A DNA stretch of 54,959 nucleotides, taken from a virus (lineage: Duplodnaviria; Caudoviricetes). Both the position numbers and the translations under genes were made by a program. The notes below the pieces were generated by a model, which searched no databases, was not told where the DNA came from, and worked only from the letters and a program-made list of their open reading frames with translations. Where the stretch lies: IMG/VR virus record IMGVR_UViG_3300032232_001103, positions 1-54,959 of that record. One strand, 5' to 3'. Shown piece by piece: positions 18,846 to 29,200 of the stretch. Numbering within the stretch: the first letter of the stretch is position 1; each line of letters opens with the position of its first letter.

Positions 18846-21682
18846 TTAGTTCTCCTATCTAACTCTTTAATAGCTTCAATAATAAGCGGTATTAATCGTT
18901 CGTAATCTACAGTTAGGTATTTTTCGTCAACTGGTGCATTATGAATAATTTCCGGCAAGATTTTTTGTACGTCTTGGGCACTTACACCAACTTCACGACG
19001 TTTTTCATAGCCTAAACTTTGTGCCGTTTCATTAGGCTCGTAATAAAAACCTGATAGGGTATTTAATTTTTCAAGAGCATTAGATATTAAACCTAATTTA
19101 GTTTTTAATCTGTCATCAGAGTAATAGGCAATAACATTACCAGTTGTTCTAATAATACCTGTAGCATCAATAGCAGGAGAACTAATACCATTACGATTTT
19201 CAACAGTTATAGTAGATAAACTACTAGTGCCACCATAAAATTTGGCAGCAGTACAATTATTACCAGGATTATCTACTAATAATACGCCTTGTTGAGCTAT
19301 ACCGCCATTAATACTGCTAAGGTATAGAGTATATAGAGATCCGCCCCTAATTTTAACAGCATTTACATTTGAAAAACTATTATATCCTGCTAAACATTCA
19401 ATATTAACGCTAGAACTGTATTCAGTCTGTATTTTAAAAGTAGGATATTCATTTATTATATATGCGCTAGATCCAGTCCATGTACTTAAATCGCGAATAC
19501 TTATAGCACTACCTAAAATTCTTTTAACTGTACCTGTTCCATTATCTGTATTGCCTGTTGCTTTAATAGAAGCCCCTACATATGCACCAGTAATACCTGC
19601 AACAGTTTGCCAATTAGTTGTTCCTAATGTTACTATTTGATACCAGTAGCCTTGCGTAAGGTTATTAGCACTTATTGTAGAAAAATTAGAAATATTACGT
19701 GTAATAGATACACCTGTGCTAACTAAACCGCTAACAACTAAACCACTTTCGCTTATAGAAGTAGTATTTCCTATATTAATAGCAAAGTTACTATCAGTAG
19801 AAGTAATAGTGCCGCCAGTAATTTTATCAGCAGTAATACTAGCCGCAACTATTTTATCGCCAGTAATTGAATTATTTTCAATTTTATCATTATTAATTGC
19901 ACTATCTGCAATATTTCCTCGTGCTACAATATTACCATTTAAGGTTAACACATTACCATTGTAAGTAATATTTGTAGTACTATTACCAAAAGCAAAATTA
20001 CCAGTATTATATAATATTCCACCAGCGGTACCATTAGTCATACTAGTACCACTTAAGTCGGCATTACCTGCTTTAAAAGTACCACTAACAGTTAAATTAC
20101 CAGTATTAGCAGTAATTGCCTCTAAAGTGTCTACTTTAAAATAGCTTAAATATGGGGTACTCCAAGTAGTAGTTGTATCACCAGCAGGAGTTTTTCCGTC
20201 GCTTTGAAACTGTGCTTGCGTTCCGGTTAATGCAACTGGAGTAGTAGACCAACCATTAGGAGTTGTACCATTTTGAGTAGTACCGGGCGGGGTTACTGTG
20301 GCACTACTACTTGCAGCAGCTATATAAATTCTATATGTAGATGCTCCACTAATACCTGTGCCTGTTTTACTTTTAGCAATACTATATACTTTGTCTATAG
20401 TAACTCCACCATATACAGCACGTAGTGTAGCATAACCAGTATCAGTATCAGCACTCATTGCTGTAATTGTATAAACACCTGCGGTATCTATTGTAATACT
20501 TACACCTACGGTAGCGGCCGTAACTACACTATAATTTGCAGTACTTGTTTTATCCGTAATACCATCATAAACTTTAAAAGTACCGCCTATTCCAGCAAAA
20601 CTACTAACTGTTCCATTATTATCTGCCGCTACTACGGCAGCTTCATTAGTTAAAAATCCACTTATTGCACTAACTCCAGGAATGCCTGGCTTAATACCAT
20701 ATAAAGATAATACATCAGAAGCTAATACAGTGCTTGAATTTGTTGTTTCTCTAATACGTACTTCAATAATATCGGGCATTAAGCTGTAAGTACTTTGAGG
20801 GCTATAGCTATAGGTATTTGTAGTAGTATTTGTTTGACTAACATTATTTTTTAAAAATTCATAGTATACGGTGCCGCTAGTATTTTGTGCAGTAGCTGTT
20901 ACAATAGCTGTACCTGTGGGATTAGCACCATTACCATCATAAACAAATGCTTGTTGAGTAGTTGTTAAATTAACTACCCTAGCATTAACACCCGTACTAC
21001 CATTACTACCTGCTTTGGCTTTAGTAATAGTGTATATACTATTATAAGATATTGTGTCTTTAACAACAGTTAGTGTAAAATTCTCACTATCCGTAGTCCA
21101 AGCATTAGCACTAGCTTGGGTAACGGTAATTTGACCAGTTGAAGTATTTATAGCAACGGTTAAACCATTTTTAGTGGTTGTAGCAGGACCATAAGTTACG
21201 CCACTAGTAATTTTTACACTACCATTATATAGCTCTAGGTAATTATTAGCACTAGGTAAGGTATAACCAGTGCCATCATTAGCACTGGTTATTAAGTCAA
21301 TAGGTCGTTGAATACGACTGGCTAATTGATTATATACCTTACTTACGCTAACAGAGCTGGTATAAGTTACGCCTAAAAATGCTAGTGTAGCAGTAATGGT
21401 AGCAAAATCACCAGTAATACTATCAGGTAAAATTGTTACAGTGTTTGCACTAGCTGTAGGAGTAGGGCTTAATCCAGTATAAGAAAAAGTCACCGTCTGG
21501 CCACTAAGCGCGCCAATAAGCGATGCTTTAACTACTGACTGTGCAGGTTGAGCAACATTATCACTGCCATATTTAAACTGTGAGCTTGTTGTGCTCAAGC
21601 TAATATAGTTACTACCAACTAATAATAGTCTTGGATCGGTTGCCTGTAATCTTAAATCTCTAGTATTAATTGGTGATTGCAT
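18842..21682 (-). CDS. Tail fibre/spike protein with C-terminal intramolecular chaperone (peptidase S74)
   Basis: C-terminal YYSDDRLK...GVSAQDVQKILPE...LTVDYERLIPLIIEAIKEL. Confidence 0.85.
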   Translation of the reverse strand: MQSPINTRDLRLQATDPRLLLVGSNYISLSTTSSQFKYGSDNVAQPAQSVVKASLIGALSGQTVTFSYTGLSPTPTASANTVTILPDSITGDFATITATLAFLGVTYTSSVSVSKVYNQLASRIQRPIDLITSANDGTGYTLPSANNYLELYNGSVKITSGVTYGPATTTKNGLTVAINTSTGQITVTQASANAWTTDSENFTLTVVKDTISYNSIYTITKAKAGSNGSTGVNARVVNLTTTQQAFVYDGNGANPTGTAIVTATAQNTSGTVYYEFLKNNVSQTNTTTNTYSYSPQSTYSLMPDIIEVRIRETTNSSTVLASDVLSLYGIKPGIPGVSAISGFLTNEAAVVAADNNGTVSSFAGIGGTFKVYDGITDKTSTANYSVVTAATVGVSITIDTAGVYTITAMSADTDTGYATLRAVYGGVTIDKVYSIAKSKTGTGISGASTYRIYIAAASSSATVTPPGTTQNGTTPNGWSTTPVALTGTQAQFQSDGKTPAGDTTTTWSTPYLSYFKVDTLEAITANTGNLTVSGTFKAGNADLSGTSMTNGTAGGILYNTGNFAFGNSTTNITYNGNVLTLNGNIVARGNIADSAINNDKIENNSITGDKIVAASITADKITGGTITSTDSNFAINIGNTTSISESGLVVSGLVSTGVSITRNISNFSTISANNLTQGYWYQIVTLGTTNWQTVAGITGAYVGASIKATGNTDNGTGTVKRILGSAISIRDLSTWTGSSAYIINEYPTFKIQTEYSSSVNIECLAGYNSFSNVNAVKIRGGSLYTLYLSSINGGIAQQGVLLVDNPGNNCTAAKFYGGTSSLSTITVENRNGISSPAIDATGIIRTTGNVIAYYSDDRLKTKLGLISNALEKLNTLSGFYYEPNETAQSLGYEKRREVGVSAQDVQKILPEIIHNAPVDEKYLTVDYERLIPLIIEAIKELDRRTK

Positions 21683-21683
21683 T

Positions 21684-23210
21684 TTATACTAACACTCCTA
21701 TTTGCACTAAGCCAGTAATCCAGTCTCTGCTAATACTGTAAACTACGCCAAGCTTTCCCGAATTTAAGTTAAACCTATTAGATTGAATGGTTACTATGTC
21801 ACCCAACTGTACAAAAATAAATTGTGGCAAATAGGTAGCGGTTACTAACATTCGCTGAGTTTGCCAAAGAGCCAGACGTTTACTAGCTTCTGTATTTGCA
21901 TCTGATTCTGTTAGTAAAAGTGTATTTTCTTCACTAACACTTCCAGTATCACGATATAAACTTGCACTTGTGTTATTAATAGCACTTACTGTTAAGTATT
22001 CATCATCAAACTTACTATCTGGATTAAGTCCTGCAGCTACAGTTTGTTGAATAGTATAGTTTTTACAGTATCCAAGTTTAATACTAGGTTTTACTGGAAA
22101 TAACTGATTGATTGTTAAACTGCCCAAAACCATGTAGTCATCAGTAAGTGTGTGCTTTGAAGTTCCACTAGGTACTTTTAATTCAACTAATTTTAGCTTA
22201 CTAGAACTAATAGTTTCACCATCATTGCCCACAGTAATACTTGGGCAAATTAAATTAGCACGTACACTTTTAGCCAATGCATTGCACACTTCTAAGGTAT
22301 TTAATCTATCACTACAATAAATACCTACTGCTCTGCTAGCATCAGTAAAACTGGTAAAATCAATCTCACTGTCTGTAAACCTATTGCTACTATTGCCGTA
22401 GTTTTTTACAATTTTTGTAATAATACCGGGTATGGTATTAGAATACCCGCCGGTATTATTGCCTTGAACGCTGCAGGTAATAGTGCCGGCAGGATTATTT
22501 CTTAGGGTAATTAATCCCTTTGCAAGATCTACATCAACAGTAATGGGCACACCAGTATCTCTGGCTTCAATAATGCCCTCAATAGGACCATCATTAACCA
22601 TGTAGATATATCCAGTATCAGGAGTGGGTGTAGTACCATTGTCTACAAATAGTGGCTGAATATTAAAGCATTCGCCAAATAGCAGGGGTAATAATACCTT
22701 ATTGGGTAACCCAGATTTTATTTGTTCTGTGTAAGTATTTGAAGGAAGATCACTAAGTGTTTTTTCTGTTAGTGCGTCATTTAAGCGTTGTAGTTTATCA
22801 AATAGCAGTAAACTTAATTCATTTTCACTATTAGTAGTAAGTTGTTGTACTAATCCATCAAAGATTAACACAAAGTCGCTTTTAGGCCAACTAGGGTCGC
22901 CCAAGTAAATCTTTATTGGGCGACGATTCCATACATACGTAAGAAACTGATCATTAACACCATAAACATTAGTTAGATTTAGACTACCAAAATTTACACT
23001 TATTGCACCCTCTGCATTTAGGGATTCGGTAAAGTTAAGCCCACCTACAACGCAAGCATTGTAGGTGGTGCCCGAACTACTATATGGCATAGAAGAAAGA
23101 TTAATTGTAGTAGGTGTTCCAGAAATGGAAACTTCTAGAATATCTACTAGGGTACACTTAATATGGCTTGGCGTTTTAAGCCAAGCCACCATCTCACTTA
23201 CTGTTTTCAT
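21684..23210 (-). CDS. Tail tip/hub-like protein
   Basis: 508 aa directly downstream of the tape measure gene; LPLLFGECFNIQP motif; C-terminal QLGDIVTI OB-fold-like end. Confidence 0.6.
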   Translation of the reverse strand: MKTVSEMVAWLKTPSHIKCTLVDILEVSISGTPTTINLSSMPYSSSGTTYNACVVGGLNFTESLNAEGAISVNFGSLNLTNVYGVNDQFLTYVWNRRPIKIYLGDPSWPKSDFVLIFDGLVQQLTTNSENELSLLLFDKLQRLNDALTEKTLSDLPSNTYTEQIKSGLPNKVLLPLLFGECFNIQPLFVDNGTTPTPDTGYIYMVNDGPIEGIIEARDTGVPITVDVDLAKGLITLRNNPAGTITCSVQGNNTGGYSNTIPGIITKIVKNYGNSSNRFTDSEIDFTSFTDASRAVGIYCSDRLNTLEVCNALAKSVRANLICPSITVGNDGETISSSKLKLVELKVPSGTSKHTLTDDYMVLGSLTINQLFPVKPSIKLGYCKNYTIQQTVAAGLNPDSKFDDEYLTVSAINNTSASLYRDTGSVSEENTLLLTESDANTEASKRLALWQTQRMLVTATYLPQFIFVQLGDIVTIQSNRFNLNSGKLGVVYSISRDWITGLVQIGVLV

Positions 23211-26200
23211 AATTCTGTCGTTCCACTAGATTCCCCACGTTTCATAGTTGCATAAGCAGTAGTAGTATTTCTTATTGTATTAGCTTGAGTAGCAGCAGCT
23301 TGAGTAGTTGCTGCAATTGTTGCTTGACCAGTTTGAGTAGTTACTACAACTGTTGCTTCAGTATTATTATCAACTGCATCAATAAGTCTGTCTATTGCAT
23401 CATCGAATTTTTTACCTAGTGCATCAACCATGTTTTGATTATTTGTTGCAATAATAGGTGGTAGTCCGTTAATAGTATTATCAAGCGTATTTCCTGCTGT
23501 AGTAATTGCGGTAGCATTTGCTGCTCCTGCAAGAGAAATTGCTCCCGCACTTGCAGTTCCTGCTGCAGCAACTCCTGTTGTTATTACAGCTCTTGCAGAA
23601 TCAATAGCAGTTTGCACTGAGTTATAACTAACATCTGAAACATATACCCATCCTGCTACTGGATCTAAAATCCATCCACCAGCATGTACGGCTTGTGTTA
23701 CTGCGGTGCCTCCGGCTACTTGTGTGTTATTAAATAGTGAAGTATTTGCACTACTTGCAACACTTGTAGCACTAGCAGTAGTAGCAGCAGTATTTGCAGT
23801 ATTCATAACTGTTCTAGCTGTATTAAGTCTTGTTAATAATTCAGCAGTTGTTTTACTTGATTCATCAATACTTTGTAAGAAATTATTGCTAGATTCTAAT
23901 TCACTTAGCTGTAATTCAGCAGCAGTTTTTTGAGTTCCTAAACTAGTAGTTACTTCGTCTACTGTACTTAAAACTGTTTGGAAATCTACAGAATATTGAG
24001 CTCCACTAGCATATAGCTGTTTGGATAATCCCAAAAATCTATCAGTTGCTCCAGTTAACTTGCCAAAAGCAATATCTTTTTCTGCTTGAGTACCAGTTTT
24101 AATAGTTTTAACTAAACTTTCTACTTCTGATTTTGCGGTAGCATATTGTTCAGTGGCTGTTAGTGTAGTATTTGCACCAGTCATTAATCCAGACTTATAA
24201 TCATTTAATGTAGTAATTTGCGAAGTTAAAGTTTTTGTGGTATTTTGTAAACTACTTTGGTACGCTTTTGCTGCAGTTTGATAATCAGTTATAGCATTAA
24301 TTTGTCGTTGATATACTTGATTAATGGTGTTTAATTTTGAAATTTCTTTTTCGCGTAATTGTGCCGTAGTCGAAGTTAGCTCAATTACTTTTTCCTGTAA
24401 GCTTAAACGTTCATCTTCGATTTCAACCAAAGTTTTTCCGGCACCATAAACTTTTTGGAATCCTTCTGCAACATTTAATAATGCTACATAAGTTTGCATA
24501 CTAGCTTGGTCAGTTATTCTAAAATTTTGTATTAAGTATTTGAAATCTTGGGTGGTTTTTACAGTACTAAACCCAAGCCTTGTCATTTCCTTATCTACTG
24601 CATTTTGAACTGGTACTAATTGTTCAGCTTTACTTAAAAAGTTTTCACGGAAATAATCAGTTCTATCCAAGAATACATCTAAGCCTCCGGCAATAGCGGC
24701 AAGAGCTTCAGTAAATTGTTCACTAAATTCATTAATCGAGCTATCTCCGCCGCCACGGATATTTACTAACGCTTGATTAATCTTTGTATTAGTGTCAGTT
24801 ACCCTAACCACAGTTTCTAATAAACTTTCGCCAAATTTTTTGTACTGCTTATAACCAGAAAATAATTCCTCAGCTACTATATTAAGTTCTTTAGCAATAT
24901 TTGCATTTAATTCATTAATAGCTTCTTCGCCAGTAAGCTTAGTAAAGTCTATGCTAATATCGATAGGATTTTTATTAAATGCATCTTGTACTTGTTGAAC
25001 AGTGACTCCGGACTTTTCTCCAATAGTTTCAAATAGTGTTTTAGATTCTTTAAATATATCTGATATTGCAGTTCTTACATCAGCTCCTAAAGCTTCTGTT
25101 TCTCGTTTAACTTCTTGCCAATCTCTACTTTTACTAAACCAACCACCGCTTTTATGAAATTGGTAAAGTACATCTTTGTATTGCTGAATACTACCTGCAG
25201 TATCATCAATAAGTTGTTGAAAAGTTCCTTGAAGTTGAATACCTAAACTTTGAATACTAGTTGTAGTACTAGTTTTTCCGCCAAATATAGTACCCACTAT
25301 ACCACTGCTTCCGCCTTTTGTAGTACCAGGTTGAGTTCCAAAACTACCAGTGCCTTGACGAAGTCCGGGAATAGTATAAATAGCTTCAGCAGCTCCTGTC
25401 ATAGCATCCGATAATCTATTAAGTGATTTTAACATCTTATTATCGTAGTCTAAGCCTTCAACACTAGTTGCTGCAATAATTTCAATGCCTTTTCTAATGC
25501 TGTCTACTTTTGCACTACTATCACCAAATACTCCGCCAGCAGTCTCTACTAATTTGCCTTGAGTAGGATTATTTGGATCTGGTATATAAGTACTACCGGT
25601 TCCGCCAGTTTCTTGGCGTTGTTCAGTATTCATTTGAAAATTAGCTGCAGTAGAAGTACTACTACCTTTAAAAGCCGCACCTAAAATACCAGCAATAATT
25701 GTAGTCATTGCAGCGCCGGCAATAAAACCAAGAGGTTGCGGTTCCATTTTATATGCACTAGTAATAGCTTCAAGTCCCTTAGCTCCGGCACGTGCCATAC
25801 TACCAATAATACTCTTAGAAGTCATTACTGATTCTAAACTCATTTCAGTAGCCATTTGAATTAATTTGGCAACATGAATGGCAGTTTCAATTGCACTCAT
25901 TAATTTATAGGCAGCGGTTTTTTCCTTAAACAATTTTTTAACATTGCCAATTTGTCCAAGTGTAGCACTGGCGTCTAGTTTTGCTTGATCTTTGTTATAT
26001 TTAGCATCTATTTCCTTTTTTTGTTGTGATAGTCCTAAAGCACCATCAGCTTCGGTTTCCCAACGCTTTTCTGCTAATTTTATATCTGCGTTTCGTTGTG
26101 TTTCTAGTTTAGTATTTTTATCAGCAAAATCTTGTGTTTGTTCTACTGATTTACCAATAGCTTCACCTACTTTGCCAAATATAGCAGCAAGACTACTAGT

Positions 26201-29200
26201 TGCATCAACTAGTTTACCCATTCGCTCTAGTTGTTTTTCTTGCAACACGTCTTGTTCTGTTTTTAATTGATTAAGTAGTTTTTGTAATGCTATTTCTTTC
26301 TCTAAGCCTGCTCTAGCCTGTGCAGCTTTATCTGTTTCTAATTGTAGTTTACCTTCTACATCAGTCTTTCTACTTTCATACTCTTGCTGTGCTTCTGGAG
26401 ATACAACGTCTCCTGCCACTAATCTAGCAGCATTTAAACTGTCTAATTCTGCTCTTAGTGCTCTTGTGTTATCTAATTCCGTTTTATTAATTTCAGATAG
26501 TTTAGTAGACTGTGTTAAACTAAGCTGTTTTTGTTCATTTATACCTTTTTCCAAGGCGTATTCTGAACCAAGTATTAATCCAACAGCTTTACGCCCTTCT
26601 AGATACTGATTTTGATAATTTATTTGTAGTTGAGCTGCATCAGCAGTTAGTTTGTAACGCTGATAACTTAAGTCATTAACTCTTTGTGTTTGCAAAGCCA
26701 GTTTATTAATTCGCTCAATTTTTCCGGCTAAATCTGCTGTTTTTGTAACAGTAGCGGTTTTAACAGTTAATTCTGTTTTTGCTAATTTTAAACTTTCGCT
26801 TTGCTCATCTGTACTTTGTTTTTGTACAGCATAAGCATTTTGTCTATTATTCCAATCTTGATCGCTTAAAGATAAACCTGCTTTTTGTTTTGCATTAACT
26901 TCATCTATAATTTTTTGTTGAGCACTTACTTCTCTAGTAGTTTTTTGATTTATTTCATTAACTTGTTGAGTATATGTTGACTGAAGTTGCTTTGTCTCTA
27001 GTATAGCTTTTTCTAGTATGTACTCTCCCTGAGTAATACTAGCTAAATCTTTTCTAAGAGTTAGGCCTTCTATTTCAAGTGCTCGAGCTTTTAGGTCAAT
27101 ACTAAGCAAAAAGTTTTGTTGTCTAGCCCGTAATTCAAACACAGCGGTTTCTTTGGCGTACTTTATGTCAATAATCTTTAATTCTCTGGTAAAACTTTCT
27201 TCACTAATTTTTCTATTTAATGCAGCTAATTCTTGAGCTTGCTGTGTTTCTTGTTGTCCTCGATCACGAACAGCAGCATCATACTCTTCAAGATAGGAAA
27301 GTTGTTCTTTACTTAATCCTTTTCTTTTCTCAGATGTATCAAGCTTTTTAGCCATAGCACTTGTGCCTGGCGCAAGTTTATCAATAATGCCAAATCTTGA
27401 TTGAAGCGTCAAGCGTTCTTTTGCTTGTCTTTCAGCAAGTATGTCTCTTTCAAGGCTTTGTTTTTTTATAAAATCTTGATCAGTTAATACAGCTACTAAT
27501 TTTTCTTCATTATTAATTTCATCTAATTGTCCTTGAAGAATCTTTTCCTGATTCTCCATATATTTCATTGATTCCTGAGTAGCTGCTGCAACAGTTTTAG
27601 CAAAAGTACTAATTTTATTTTGCTGAAATTGACTATCCAAGGCCATCATTTGTTTAGTAGCATCACCTAACATTTGCAATATAGGTGCAAGTTCTCCTGC
27701 CGCAGCTTTGGCCTCTTGGCCTAAATTTTCATTAGCTAGTAGTGCTTGTTGTGCAGCTAAAGGATTTTTATTACTTAGTATATTTCGCTGTACAGCTAGA
27801 CTACCCAAAGCAGTACGTGCTGTGGCTTTTTCTTGAGGAGTAGCATTAGGATTTTCTAAAGTTAATTTTTGAGCTAATTCTTGATTACTTAATTTTAGTT
27901 GATAATTACTAAGTATAAGATCCCTAGTAGTAGCTATAACTTCCATTTTAGCTTTAATATCTAGCTCTGTAAGACGTCCTTCCTCTTGAGCTAAACGTGG
28001 TCCTGTAAGTACTGCACTAGCTAAAGCTTTTTTAACTCCAATTGCGGCTTGTACTTGAGCTAATTTTATTTCATTGCCTAAAATTTGTCCGGCTTCTTTA
28101 AACCTATCAATTGCAATTGCTTGCAATATTGGTTTAGCAATTGCAGCACCTTTTTCTTCTGCTTGTTTTAAATCTTCGGCGGCATTTGCTGCTTTAAATT
28201 TAGCTTCAGCTCGTTTTGCAGGAGAAAGATCTGTGTCCATGCTTTGAGCTTCAAACTTTTGAAAATCTTTTCTGGCTTTATCTGCTGCGGCACCAAGTTC
28301 TTCAATTTCTTTTTTTCTGTATGACAATGCTAAAAATTGTTCTTTGGGTAAAATAGTTAGTTTATTAGTATCTTTTATAATTTCTACTAAACTTTGAAAA
28401 GCCTCTCCAGGTTTATTTAAAGCCTGAATTAATTTAAGAGCACTTGTTTGTAAATTAGTAGCAAATTTTTCTAAAGGAGTTTGATTACTTAATGATTGAG
28501 CTAATTCTTTATAAGCTTTATCCGCAGCTTTAAAAGCTTCTGTGGTTTCACTAATTCTAGCTGCTGCTGCTTGTTGTTCTTGAGCAAACTTTTTAGTAAC
28601 TTCAGTAATTCGTTCTAAAGTACCTTGAAAATCACCGCTTTCTTTTAACTTAAGTTCAATATTAGCAGCACTAAAATTTTCACTGATTCCTAATACTTGA
28701 CTTAATGCTTGCTTATAAGCATCTCTGGCTGGACCTGGGTCTGCTAATAATATTCCTTGACTTATGGTTTTACCCACAGTTTCTGAAATATTACTTTTCA
28801 TATCCATATCAAATATTCCAAGAATTGCTTCTCGAAATTGATCATACTCGCCAGCTGACTTATTAGCCATTTTAAAATCTGTTTCTACCTTCTTTATACC
28901 GTCAGCAATTTCATTAAGTGCATTACTGCGTGCTTTTAAACTTTCTACAGTAAACTTATTAAGTGGATCATAATCTCCAAACTTTTTTAATACTGAGGCA
29001 GCAGTTTTTGTGCTTTCCTGTAAACTATCCATACTCTTAGATAGTTCATCCATTTCTTTAGTATTAGTGCGTAAAAATCCATCTAATAAAAGTAGTACTC
29101 CGCCAACAACAGTAAACCAGTTAAATAAACTACCAAGTGCGGCAATAAGTGTAAGTATTCTACTACCAACAAAAGCAATGGTACCGCCTACATATGCAAA

